Assembly: GCA_964035545.1 (NCBI GenBank)
Contig: OZ037772.1
Coordinates: 2,232,001-2,296,000, forward strand
Source of the DNA: Bugula neritina
Taxonomy: Eukaryota > Animalia > Bryozoa
Direction of reading: 5' to 3'
DNA: 64,000 nucleotides
Made by a program: the position numbers and the translations under genes
Shown here: piece after piece, positions 40,078-53,957 of the stretch
How positions within the stretch are numbered: the first letter of the stretch is position 1
How the letters are laid out: each line of letters begins with the position of its first letter
Notes under the pieces: generated by a model
Databases searched by the model: none
Told to the model about the DNA's origin: nothing
What the model saw: the letters and a program-made list of their open reading frames with translations, nothing else

Positions 40078-40259
40078 AGCTGAATTAAAACAGTTTTATA
40101 TATTTTGCATTTCCGCTTTTATAATCTCCAAATTACTTTGCCCGGTGACGCTGTTTAAAAACAAACGTCTGTAGGCGAGCAGTAAAGTTTAACGCTAACA
40201 TCATTTGCTAATAATATTTTGCACTCGCAACACACGCACTGTGTGTGGCAGGTCACTAG

Positions 40260-40620
40260 CATGGAATTCTCACACTTCGCTCTTTGCGTTTGTTGAGAGT
40301 GGATAACTCCGATTGTTTCAAAATTACTTATCTCTCATAGCTACATAAGTTACATCTGTTGATTAGGTTTTGAGTATGATTTACAAATTTTTAAAATGAT
40401 CCATTTTAGGCTGAATTTCGTGTTGTTTTTGTTCTAAATTCCGGATGTGTCTGCTAAGTTGTGTGCTGTTGGCTTTATCTGCATGTAGGAAAGAGGCTTT
40501 ATGGTTGTTGAGTCTGGCTTTGAAGGTAGTTGAACAGAGTCCTATGTATGATTGGCTGGAGTTATTCTCATGTCTTGTCACAGTTGCTTGGTATATTAAG
40601 TCTTTGCAAACCTTATTATA
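40260..40620 (-). mobile_element. Penelope-like retroelement GIY-YIG endonuclease fragment
   Basis: LIYQATVT...YIGLCSTTFKARLNNHKASF...STQLSRHI, then frameshifted KWIILK...SELSTLNKR. Confidence 0.85.
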
Positions 40621-43471
40621 TATTAATAACTTAATGCCATTTGCTTATATACTTCATAGCAGCCAAAGTAAAATTTAAAATGTTGATATGGTCAACACAG
40701 TTGGAACTAAGTAACTAAAATATATGTTAAGTTCCATTTTAAACTAACAATGTCTAATTTCAGGATAAATAGGTTAAATAATCAGATCTGCAAACTGCAG
40801 CTTATCAGAAATCTGTGACCAACTTTAGTACTATAATAATTTTGATGATGAAATTTACAAGCTGAGAAATAAGTTGTGTAGTGCTGTATGGTAAAATATA
40901 TTTTGCAATATTAGAGAAATGATTGGATTAAATAAATTCAAAAATGTAGCACCAACAGAATTACTAAATCAACAACAGTTTCTAAATATATAAAGTCACA
41001 GGGAGGGGCATAACACCCTCCCTACCTCATTCTAGAATCACTACTCACAATCTCAGGTTATGGTGGAATGATTAAAAAACAGCATAAACCCTATAGCTAA
41101 ACTCCTTCAAATTTATATGTACAAAAATCACCATCACTGCCTCAGAAGTCTCGGATAAATTTATTTAGAGTAATCAAATATTTCATTTAAAATTAGGTTA
41201 TATAAAAATCAGACTGCTGGTCTCAGCCAACCAAACATTGATTGCATTCTCTGATTGGCCACTAATTATCTAATCAGGGACAGTCTTACAAATCAGACAA
41301 ATAAAACTGTTGTTAGATATGAGTCTATGAAAAGCAGACTTCTCCAAGCTGAACCCCAAACTCTTTGTGGGTGGTCCCGATGTCACCAGGAGCAATGTCA
41401 ATAATAGGCAAGTGGGTGACGGTCTTGGTGTCAATCTCAATCACTGTCAGAGCTTCTGATAGTATTTGGAATACTACAAAATGGCAGAGGGCAAACTCTA
41501 AATTCTAAACTCGCACAGAAATCAAAGTGGCTTTTGGGTTGAACTCATTAGTAGTCGTTAAAAAGCCTCAAAGGCAAGCTATATTGTATATCAATACAAA
41601 AAAAGATCCAACTATCGCAATCATGTTCATATGCAGGTAGAATTTACACTATATAGGTTAGATTTACACTATATAGGTCAGATTTACAGTATATAGGTCA
41701 GATTTAGATACCTTGTAAAAATCCTGCAGCACTGGATATTGGGACCTGCTATCTGTTGTTGCTGTGTATTCTTTATCACCAACTGTATATAAAATGACTC
41801 ACTTATTCTTCCTTTCGCATGCAACTTCTACTGCCACTGAGTTTATACATCTACAATCAGCAAAGGGAATAGTCATGCCAACAACTCACTCAGCTTAAGA
41901 AGAAGCCAGAGATTGTTCAGATTATCAAGTGACTAGCAACATAGTAGAGGACTAGTATCTGGTGACTAGCAACTAGTGACTATTTGATAAGCTGCTAGCA
42001 GTGACTATTACCTGTGAGTCAGGGTTTGCTTTGCTCTCTCAGAGTGAATTCAAAGGAAGTTGAGTTGGGAAAACTCTGCCTCATACTCAAACTACAATCC
42101 ATACAGGAAACCAACATGTTACTATAGCAACACTTATCAACATCAATACTATAAAAGCTAAAAAATTAAAATTGATTATCATAAATTGGTCAATTTACTC
42201 CAAGCTAAAAGATTTTCTGCGTATAGTTTATAGCTGGCGTTAATTTTTAGACTGCAACAATCTTGTTTTTGACAGCAGTAGCTTTAATCAGTCAGATTGA
42301 TGAGCAAATTATAATATTAAAGTATCTTTCACTTAAGAGGAGGTAACTCCACTAGATCAATCTGACAACCCCAGCATATTATTATAGAATACCTAAAAAG
42401 AATAGAAATACACAAACAAGGGTGAGTAACTCCTCATTCTTACCTGCAGGACCTTGATCTCCTTGTTTACCCTGATATCCGATCTCAACAGGTCCAGGTA
42501 CTCCGTCTCTACCTGTAAGCACCCATTGATAACATCACAACAGGTGCAACTAGTTTTCAACTTGATTTCTATGTTGCTATAATAAACAGTGTGACTGGTC
42601 ACTATAGAATAGCCCACTAGAAATCTGCTCGCTAAATAAAGGTCAAATTATAGGAGAGAATAGAGATGTCATGACGCAAGGTAGTTATAAGTTTGTAGTA
42701 AGTTTAGTCCATCTACACCACTGGTTAGTCTAGTCTGTCTACACCCCTGTGTAGTTTAGTCTGTTTACACCCCTATGTAGTTTAGTCTGTCTACACCCCT
42801 GTGTAGTTTAGTCTGTCTACACCCCTCTGTAGACCATAATCAAATAATCCAAAGCTCTCTGAAAAAACAAAAATGCTTTGAGACAGAGTTTTCCCCTTTT
42901 CCATATAACAAACATAAAATAATGAAAACGAAAAAGATCCCAACTTAACTTGACAGATTGAACTCAATTGAGCGTAAACATCACCTGGTTCTCCAAAAAG
43001 TCCGATATCTCCTGACAAACAAGGTGGTCTTTTTCTCCTGCATCTCCAGGATTGCCGGATATACCAGGCAGGCCATCAACATCGGGTGAACCCTTCCTCA
43101 CCATCAGTTCTGTAAGATCCTGGGTGTCTTTTGGGACCCATTATCCCTTTCTGTTCACTGCAAAACAAGATTAACACGTAATATAAGTAGGCATGGCCCT
43201 GCAGAACAGAACAGATTAGCCAATCACATCACTACTCTGATACTGTCAAGCCAATCACATCACTGCATTGATATTGTCAAACCAATCACATCGCTGCACT
43301 GGTATTGTGAAGCCAATATTCTCATTACAATACTCAGGCAATAATAAACAGCAAAATATGAAAAACAATTTATTTTAAACTTATTACCGAATTAAAGTTT
43401 ACTTCTAGTAAAAACATGGTGGAGAATACATCTAGACCTTGAACAATAAAAGTATGAGCTCCATAATAAAC

Positions 43472-43977
43472 CAGGGTTGTTGGGGTCAATTACATGTGAA
43501 TGTAATTAATTACAGTTACATGAGAATTTGTCAATTACAATTATAATTACAGTTGAAATAAATGTAATTAATTACATTACAAAATTACATTGTAAAGCAA
43601 TTAATTACAACTACAATTACTTTTGTTCTCACAAAGGACAAATGGAAGTTATGCAATTTCACTTCTAGGGTCCAACTAGCAGGGGCAATTTTGACAGGGG
43701 TGAACCTCCTTTGTTCTCAACACTCATACTATACTACATTGACTTAACCTAAACTTGTTATTTAACAGTAGGCATGTTAAAAAAGAATGAATTTCTTAAG
43801 ATTTAAAAGTTTGAAGTAATTGAGATGTAATTGTAAAAATCAATTACATTAGATATGTAATTAATTACAATTACAATTACATGTTTATACATCAATTACA
43901 AATTAAATTCAATTACTTAAAAAAAAGTAATTAAACACAACAAATTACAATTTTAAATTACAATTACCCCAACCCTG
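43472..43977. mobile_element. hAT MITE with AATTAC subterminal repeats
   Basis: TIR CAGGGTTG / CAACCCTG; perfect 8-bp TSD TAATAAAC (43464-43471 / 43978-43985). Confidence 0.9.
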
Positions 43978-46900
43978 TAATAAACTGTGAAACACCTAGG
44001 CGTGGCTAACTGAGAATACAGGGCAAGGAACTCAAGCTATACTTCCAAATCTTTCACAGGAAACAAGCAGTGAGCCCCACAAAGATACTATTCACCAACC
44101 TTGGTTCTTGCAGGTCAGGATAACCAGGAGCACCGACTGGTCCGAGGAATCTCTTGAGCCCAGTCGACCGGCTCTCTCCCATTGGACATTGAGGTCCGGG
44201 TTTTCCAGCATCCCCTACAGCACAGGGCAATCCCGTTTCCCCTCTTCTCTTCTGAAGCTCTGCAGAACAGAACAGAGTAGCCAATAGCAACACTTATCAA
44301 CATCCTTATACAATAAACAAATATGTTACAATAGCGACAATTCTCAACAAATCAACTTTTGGATATTCTAAAATAATACTGAGAAAGTCATGGCTGATAC
44401 AAGTTAAACACTCACGAGTGCCGTTTCCATGTGTTTAGCGACGAATGGCTGGTTATCTAGCTGCTGGGTGAAGTACGATTTGATGGCAAACTCGGAGGTC
44501 TGGGCATTGATACAAGTGCTCTTCATTTCCTTGCGACAGTAAGCCTGGATAGCATTAGCTATGGAGCCACCATCTGGATCCACCTGACAACAAACAATAG
44601 AGAATACAACTTCTCTATTTCACACTAACATAATGCTAATATCAAATGAAACTACTAAAACATGTTCAGCTGCTGAATATACAGAATTATATATTACAGG
44701 CAACTCATAGAAAAACTCTTTTTCCTAAACAACAATTCATTAAATATCTGTAAAAACTTCACATGACATTATATTGACATCTCAGGAGTAGTAATTGCAA
44801 AATATAAAACATGTTCACAAAATTTCAGTCATTAGACTTGGATACGGATTTCTTTTGAACAGAGAAAATAGAAACATATCAGCATATTCTCTCACCCAAT
44901 AAGTTCCACTCTTGAACTCTGGGTTTTCAGTGAAGAGTTCTCTACAGTCTCTAACAGGGCTGTCTTTGGACCCGTCTCTTATTTTTGTTTCTAGAGAAAT
45001 AAGGTGGAAGTAGTTATGTAAGCTAACAGCAATAAAATCAACATTATATAAAATGTCAGAATGTAGAAACATTTAACTGAAGAAATGAACTAAATAGGTG
45101 ACTCATCAAACAAGAATGTCAATCATCAATGCTAGGAGGAGAAATACATTATAACAGCTGTCTATATTTTTATTACAATAGTTTCTAACAGTTAATTATA
45201 AAATTGTTTGTCTGCAAAAACATACACACAATTTGATACGAGTCTTTCATTTGAGTTCCAAAACACTATTTAAAAGAGCTTTTCCGCTACAAAGCAGGCA
45301 ACATCAAAGCACGTCATGGCCATTACTCACTGAGGTACAAATTATAGAGCTCATTGTTGGCGCCTGCATCATCTGCTTGTACACCTTTACCGTTGGACAT
45401 CATTGCACTCATCATCATAGGGGGAGCACCTAACATAACCTATGGTAGAATAAAATAAAGCTTCAATCACAGGCTATGGATGAAATTCCCAAAATATTAC
45501 CAATAAACAGTTGAAAGAAAATGAAAAAGATACAAGTAATGGACAATAACTTGGTTTTGCTAATAACTAACCAAATACTGGGGCTTCACCAGGTGGTCCA
45601 GGAAGTCCAGGTCTGCCGGGACTACCCATTTCCCCATCTCTTCCTTGTTCACCCTAGAAATACACACTATTGGTTTATTACCACTAAACTAACAAGATGA
45701 ATAACAATAACCTGTTAGCAGTGTAAGTGTTTACCTTAGCACCATCAGGTCCAGGCGGTCCCATAGCACCCATAGCACCAGGAGAACCAGTAATTCCTTG
45801 TTTGCCGTCAGCACCCCGTAGCCCAGGTGGTCCAGCAATACCCACTGGTCCAACATCTCCCCTTTCACCATCAATACCGGGAGCTCCGGGGAATCCCTGA
45901 GGTCCCTGGAAACCAGTGGGTCCTAAAACAGCAGACGACATTCAAATTATTATAAGTTGGGAGTTGCCTTACCTTCTTACCAAGTAGGATAACTCTTAGA
46001 GCAATGATTCTGTTCATGGCCAATAACTAAAGGCAAGGATTGGTTCAACTTAATTCATACCTTTAGGTCCTTGTTCGCCGGGAATTCCTTTAGCTCCCTG
46101 GGGTCCTTGAGGACCAGTTGGCCCACGTGGACCCGCCGGTCCGGACAATCCAGTTGGTCCAGAAGCACCCTGTGGCCCAGCTGGCCCCTATAGTAATGAA
46201 TATATTTAGGAGACACCTTAGCTGTGAGATATTATTGAATAATATTTTCTGGAATAATATTGTATTGTATAACATATTATATTATGGTGTATTATACTGC
46301 ACTGTTATGTAATATATTACATGATGTGGTGTCACTGAAGCAACTCTAGTATTAACATAAAAAAACTAAAACAAATAAAGGATTGACCAGAGAACTGAAA
46401 TAAAGAGAAAACTGAATAAAGAATGTTCTTATCTTATCACCATTGTCTCCTTGAGCACCTTCAGGTCCCTGGTTACCGGGGATTCCCACTGGACCCATGG
46501 GGCCAGGAGGTCCTTGATCACCCTGCTCCCCAGGTCTACCATCAGCACCCGGTACTCCAGGTAAACCGTCTCTGATAAAATTGATAACAAATTATAAAAC
46601 CCAAATCAGATAAAAAGTTCCAAGAAGCTGAATAGGGCGAAGTGAAACACAAATATTACCTTCCATCAGATCCGGGTTCTCCAGTGACCCCCCTTGAGCC
46701 AGTTGGACCAGGCATACCAGCTGGTCCAGTTTCTCCTGTTTTTCCATTTCTGCCATCCAGACCAGGTTCTCTAGCTTGTTCGACAGGTCCTATGAACCAA
46801 GCAGCACCAGTATGCATTACAAGTGGTCATTTAATAATTTCAGAACATAAATTTCCCAACACTTCTGGTATATTTCTTTGTTTCCTTGTTTTTACTTAGA

Positions 46901-47054
46901 CAATGCATCATGTGGCAAACAGTATTGTAAAAATGATCCATGGAAACCAGTCAGAGCAACTATCATACATAGTAATCCTGTCAGTTGAAGTAACAAGCAC
47001 TGCTGGGATTCAATATGATTACTCAGCCTACTCCCTGCCTTAGTGCAGACTAGC

Positions 47055-47230
47055 TGCGAGGAGAACCCCAGCATATAGCATATCTGTGAGGGAAACCCCA
47101 GCATATAGAATAGCTGTGAGGGAAACCCCAGCATATAGAATATCTGTGAGGGAAACCCCAGCATATAGAATGACTGTGAGGAAAACCCCAGAAAATATCA
47201 TAGATGTGAGGGAAACCTCAGAATATTATA
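47055..47230. repeat. 30-bp minisatellite, about 6 copies (CTGTGAGGGAAACCCCAGCATATAGAATAT)
   Basis: Visible tandem copies in a collagen intron. Confidence 0.9.
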
Positions 47231-47649
47231 GCATACCTAAAAGGAACAAAATACACAAACAAGAGTGAGTAACTCCTCATTCTTATACCTGCAGGACCTT
47301 GATCTCCTTGTTTACCCTGATATCCGATCTTACCAGGAGCACCATTTGGTTCAGTGGGTCCAGGTGGGCCAACAGGACCGTGGTCTCCATCTGGTCCACG
47401 TTTTCCCTGTAAAAGTAAAACTTCAACTCAAATATTACATGTGGTGATTTTATGAAGTCTTTTAACATGGAATAAAGAGGGCACGCAACTTTATGTTGTG
47501 CAATAGGAAATGAGAAAATAGAAAAATAATTACAAAATTCAGAAAATTTAAAGTTTTCTATGTTATCAGGAAGCGTATTGCTTACAGCATATTATGGTTA
47601 AGTGAATGTGGACTAGAAGAGAAGTTAGATAATTGGGAAACGCCATATA

Positions 47650-47979
<330 letters not shown>

Positions 47980-48274
47980 TGGAGTTACACTGAACTGTTA
48001 AGCTACACTTATTTGGTGTATTTGGTCTATTTGGTGTATTTGGTCTATTTGGTGTATTTGGTCTATGGCCAAAAGTTATAGAGGTCATGACTAGGGGTCA
48101 CCAGAAGTCATTACCTGCTTGCCTCAGGTCCCACTCTGCCTTCTAAGCCCATTTCTCCTCTAACTCCGGGTGGTTCGCGCTCTCCCTGTTTACCCCGAGG
48201 TCCGTCCAAACCGATGGCACCTGCGAGGATAGTAGAAATCAAAATTTAAGTCATATTCAGAGTTTCCAGGAATC

Positions 48275-48380
48275 AGGCATGGTGTAGTAGCTAGAGTGCT
48301 GACTGAAGAAACATGAGGTCAGTAGGTTGAGTCAAAACACCAGCAAAGATGTTGGGAAGAGCACCCAGTCATAACTGCTC
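48275..48380 (+). mobile_element. Degenerate tRNA-derived SINE copy
   Basis: TGGTGTAGTAGCTAGAGTGCTG...GATGTTGGGAAGAGCACCCAGTCATAACTGCTC is the reverse of the 5423/14635 family. Confidence 0.55.
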
Positions 48381-48578
48381 GTATGGCACATTACAAAATA
48401 GTCTCCAGCCGGCCTTAAGCACCTTTCAATCAGGGGTTCTCACAGGGATAGTGATTATAAACTTACGGAAGTTTATTCAAAGTGTTTACACGATGAAGAT
48501 GAATTAATAATTTGAATGTATTTTCTGTGACTTACTTGCAATAAAAATGTTAGATGTTACTTATTTAACACAGGACGT

Positions 48579-51500
48579 TGCAGAAGGTAAGGTGGTAGCA
48601 GAAGGTAAGGTAGTAGCAGAAGGTAAGGTGGTAGCAGAAGATAAGATGGTAGCAGAAGATGAGATGGTAGCAGAAGGTAAGATGGTAGCAGAAGATAAGA
48701 TGGTAGCAGAAGGTAAGGTGGTAGCAGAGGATAAGATGGTAGCAGAAGATAAGATGGTAGCAGAAGGTAAGATGGTAGCAGAAGATAAGATGGTAGCAGT
48801 AGGTAAGATGGTAGCAGAAGATAAGATGGTAGCAGAAGATAAAGTGATAACAGAAGACAAGATGGTAGCAGAATATAAGGTGGTAGCAGAAGGTAAGGTG
48901 GTAGCAGAGGATAAGATGGTAGCAGAAGATAAGATGGTAGCAGAAGATGAGATGGTAGCAGAAGGTAAGATGGTAGCAGAAAATAAGATGGTAGCAGAAG
49001 GTAAGGTGGTAGCAGAAGATAAGATGGTAGCAGAAGGTAAGGTGGTAGCAGAGGATAAGATGGTAGCAGAAGATAAGATGGTAGCAGAAGGTAAGATGGT
49101 AGCAGAAGATAAGATGGTAGCAGAAGATAAGATGGTAGCAGTAGGTAAGATGGTAGCAGAAGATAAGATGGTAGCAGAAGATAAAGTGATAACAGAAGAC
49201 AAGATGGTAGCAGAATATAAGGTGGTAGCAGAAGGTAAGGTGGTAGCAGAGGATAAGATGGTAGCAGAAGATAAGATGGTAGCAGAAGATGAGATGGTAG
49301 CAGAAGGTAAGATGGTAGCAGAAAATAAGATGGTAGCAGAAGGTAAGGTGGTAGCAGAGGATAAGATGGTAGCAGAAGATAAGATGGTAGCAGAAGGTAA
49401 GATGGTAGCAGAAGATAAGATGGTAGCAGAAGATAAGATGGTAGCAGAAGGTAAGGTGGTAGCAGAGGATAAGATGGTAGCAGAAGATAAGATGGTAGCA
49501 GAAGGTAAGATGGTAGCAGAAGATAAGATGGTAGCAGAAGATAAGATGGTAGCAGTAGGTAAGATGGTAGCAGAAGATAAGATGGTAGCAGAAGATAAAG
49601 TGATAACAGAAGACAAGATGGTAGCAGAATATAAGGTAGTAGCAAAAGGTAAGGTGGTAGCAGAGGATAAGATGGTAGCAGAAGATGAGATGGTAGCAGA
49701 AGATGAGATGGTAGCAGAAGGTAAGGTAGTAGCAGAAGATAAGATGGTAGCAGAAGATAAGATGGTAGCAGAAGATAAGATGGTAGCAGAAGGTAAGGTG
49801 GTAGCAGAAGATAAGGTAGTAGCAGAAGATAAGATGGTAGCAGAAGATAAGATGGTAGCAGAAGATAAGATGGTAGCAGAAGATAAGATGGTAGCAGTAG
49901 GTAAGATGGTAGCAGAAGATAAGATGGTAGCAGAGGATAAGATGGTAGCAGAAGATAAGATGGTAGCAGAAGATAAGATGGTAGCAGAAGGTAAGGTGGT
50001 AGCAGAAGATAAGATGGTAGCAGAAGATAAGATGGTAGCAGAAGGTAAGGTGGTAGCAGAGGATAAGATGGTAGCAGAAGATAAGATGGTAGCAGAAGGT
50101 AAGATGGTAGCAGAAGATAAGATGGTAGCAGAAGATAAGATGGTAGCAGTAGGTAAGATGGTAGCAGAAGATAAGATGGTAGCAGAAGATGAAGTGATAA
50201 CAGAAGACAAGATGGTAGCAGAATATAAGGTGGTAGCAGAAGGTAAGGTGGTAGCAGAGGATAAGATGGTAGCAGAAGATAAGATGGTAGCAGAAGATGA
50301 GATGGTAGCAGAAGGTAAGATGGTAGCAGAAAATAAGATGGTAGCAGAAGGTAAGGTGGTAGCAGAGGATAAGATGGTAGCAGAAGATAAGATGGTAGCA
50401 GAAGGTAAGATGGTAGCAGAAGATAAGATGGTAGCAGAAGATAAGATGGTAGCAGAAGGTAAGGTGGTAGCAGAGGATAAGATGGTAGCAGAAGATAAGA
50501 TGGTAGCAGAAGGTAAGATGGTAGCAGAAGATAAGATGGTAGCAGAAGATAAGATGGTAGCAGTAGGTAAGATGGTAGCAGAAGATAAGATGGTAGCAGA
50601 AGATAAAGTGATAACAGAAGACAAGATGGTAGCAGAATATAAGGTAGTAGCAAAAGGTAAGGTGGTAGCAGAGGATAAGATGGTAGCAGAAGATGAGATG
50701 GTAGCAGAAGATGAGATGGTAGCAGAAGGTAAGGTGGTAGCAGAAGATAAGGTAGTAGCAGAAGATAAGGTGGTAGCAGAAGGTAAGATGGTAGCAGAAG
50801 ATAAGATGGTAGCAGAAGATAAGATGGTAGCAGTAGGTAAGATGGTAGCAGAAGATAAGATGGTAGCAGAAGATAAAGTGATAACAGAAGACAAGATGGT
50901 AGCAGAATATAAGGTGGTAGCAGAAGATAAGATGGTAACAGAAGATAAGGTGGTAGCAGAAGATAAGATGGTAGCAGAAGATAAGATGGTAGCAGAAGAT
51001 AAGGTGGTAGCAGAAGATAAGATGGTAGCAGAAGATAAGGTAGTAGCAGAAGATAAGGTAGTAGCAGAAGATAAGATGGTAGCAGAAGATAAGGTAGTAG
51101 CAGAAGGTAAGGTAGTAGCAGAAGATAAGATGGTAGCAGAAGATAAGATGGTAGCAGAAGATAAGATGGTAGCAGAAGGTAAGGTGGTAGCAGAAGATAA
51201 GGTAGTAGCAGAAGATAAGGTGGTAGCAGAAGGTAAGATGGTAGCAGAAGATAAGATGGTAGCAGAAGATAAGATGGTAGCAGAAGATAAGATGGTAGCA
51301 GAGGATAAGATGGTAGCAGAAGATAAGATGGTAGCAGAAGATAAGATGGTAGCAGAAGGTAAGATGGTAGCAGAAAATAAGATGGTAGCAGAAGATAAGA
51401 TGGTAGCAGTAGGTAAGATGGTAGCAGAAGATAAGATGGTAGCAGAAGATAAGATGGTAGCAGTAGGTAAGATGGTAGCAGAAGATAAGATGGTAGCAGA

Positions 51501-53957
51501 AGATAAAGTGATAACAGAAGACAAGATGGTAGCAGAAGATAAGATGGTAGCAGAAGGTAAGGTGGTAGCAGAAGATAAGATGGTAGCAGAAGATAAGGTA
51601 GTAGCAGAAGGTAAGGTAGTAGCAGAAGATAAGATGGTAGCAGAAGGTAAGGTAGTAGCAGAAGATAAGATGGTAGCAGAAGATAAGGTGGTAGCAGAAG
51701 ATAAGATGGTAGCAGAAGGTAAGGTAGTAGCAGAAGATAAGGTAGTAGCAGAAGATAAGGTGGTAGCAGAAGGTAAGATGGTAGCAGAAGATAAGATGGT
51801 AGCAGAAGATAAGATGGTAGCAGTAGGTAAGATGGTAGCAGAAGATAAGATGGTAGCAGAAGATAAAGTGATAACAGAAGACAAGATGGTAGCAGAATAT
51901 AAGGTGGTAGCAGAAGATAAGATGGTAGCAGAAGATAAGGTGGTAGCAGAAGATAAGATGGTAACAGAAGATAAGGTGGTAGCAGAAGATAAGATGGTAG
52001 CAGAAGATAAGATGGTAGCAGAAGATAAGGTGGTAGCAGAAGATAAGATGGTAGCAGAAGATAAGGTAGTAGCAGAAGGTAAGATGGTAGCAGTAGGTAA
52101 GATGGTAGCAGAAGATAAGATGGTAGCAGAGGATAAGATGGTAGCAGAAGATAAGATGGTAGCAGAAGATAAGGTGGTAGCAGAAGATAAGATGGTAGCA
52201 GAAGATAAGGTAGTAGCAGAAGGTAAGGTAGTAGCAGAAGATAAGATGGTAGCAGAAGGTAAGGTAGTAGCAGAAGATAAGATGGTAGCAGAAGATAAGA
52301 TGGTAGCAGAAGATAAGATGGTAGCAGAAGGTAAGGTGGTAGCAGAAGATAAGGTAGTAGCAGAAGATAAGGTGGTAGCAGAAGGTAAGATGGTAGCAGA
52401 AGATAAGATGGTAGCAGAAGATAAAGTGATAACAGAAGACAAGATGGTAGCCGAATATAAGGTGGTAGCAGAAGATAAGATGGTAGCAGAAGATAAGGTG
52501 GTAGCAGAAGATAAGATGGTAACAGAAGATAAGGTGGTAGCAGAAGATAAGATGGTAGCAGAAGATAAGATGGTAGCAGAAGATAAGGTGGTAGCAGAAG
52601 ATAAGATGGTAGCAGAAGATAAGGTAGTAGCAGAAGGTAAGATGGTAGCAGTAGGTAAGATGGTAGCAGAAGATAAGATGGTAGCAGAGGATAAGATGGT
52701 AGCAGAAGATAAGATGGTAGCAGAAGATAAGATGGTAGCAGAAGGTAAGGTGGTAGCAGAAGATAAGATGGTAGCAGAAGATAAGGTAGTAGCAGAAGGT
52801 AAGGTAGTAGCAGAAGATAAGATGGTAGCAGAAGGTAAGGTAGTAGCAGAAGATAAGATGGTAGCAGAAGATAAGATGGTAGCAGAAGATAAGGTGGTAG
52901 CAGAAGATAAGATGGTAGCAGAAGATAAGATGGTAGCAGAAGATAAGGTAGTAGCAGAAGATAAGATGGTAGCAGAAGATAAGATGGTAGCAGAAGATAA
53001 GATGGTAGCAGAAGGTAAGGTGGTAGCAGAAGATAAGGTAGTAGCAGAAGATAAGATGGTAGCAGAAGATAAGATGGTAGCAGAAGATAAGATGGTAGCA
53101 GAAGATAAGATGGTAGCAGTAGGTAAGATGGTAGCAGAAGATAAGATGGTAGCAGAGGATAAGATGGTAGCAGAAGATAAGATGGTAGCAGAAGATAAGA
53201 TGGTAGCAGAAGGTAAGGTGGTAGCAGAAGATAAGATGGTAGCAGAAGATAAGGTAGTAGCAGAAGGTAAGGTAGTAGCAGAAGATAAGATGGTAGCAGA
53301 AGGTAAGGTAGTAGCAGAAGATAAGATGGTAGCAGAAGATAAGGTGGTAGCAGAAGATAAGATGGTAGCAGAAGGTAAGGTAGTAGCAGAAGATAAGGTA
53401 GTAGCAGAAGATAAGGTAGTAGCAGAAGGTAAGGTAGTAGCAGAAGATAAGGTGGTAGCAGAAGATAAGATGGTAGCAGAAGGTAAGGTAGTAGCAGAAG
53501 ATAAGATGGTAGCAGAAGATAAGGTGGTAGCAGAAGATAAGATGGTAGCAGAAGGTAAGGTAGTAGCAGAAGATAAGGTAGTAGCAGAAGATAAGGTAGT
53601 AGCAGAAGGTAAGGTAGTAGCAGAAGATAAGGTGGTAGCAGAAGATAAGATGGTAGCAGAAGATAAGGTAGTAGCAGAAGATAAGATGGTAGCAGAAGAT
53701 AAGATGGTAGCAGAAGATAAGATGGTAGCAGAAGATAAGATGGTAGCAGAAGGTAAAGTGGTAGCAGAAGATAAGGTGGTAGCAGAAGATAAGATGGTAG
53801 CAGAAGATAAGATGGTAGCAGAAGATAAGATGGTAGCAGAAGGTAAAGTGGTAGCAGAAGATAAGGTGGTAGCAGAAGATAAAATGGTAGCAGAAGATAA
53901 GATGGTAGCAGAAGGTAAAGTGGTAGCAGAAGGTAAGATGGTAGCAGTAGGTAAGGT
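48579..53957. repeat. 18-bp minisatellite, about 299 copies (GTAGCAGAAGATAAGATG), inside a collagen intron
   Basis: The array stays in phase over 5.4 kb and has higher-order blocks; it explains the 1811-, 1815-, 1293- and 698-aa ORFs. Confidence 0.97.
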
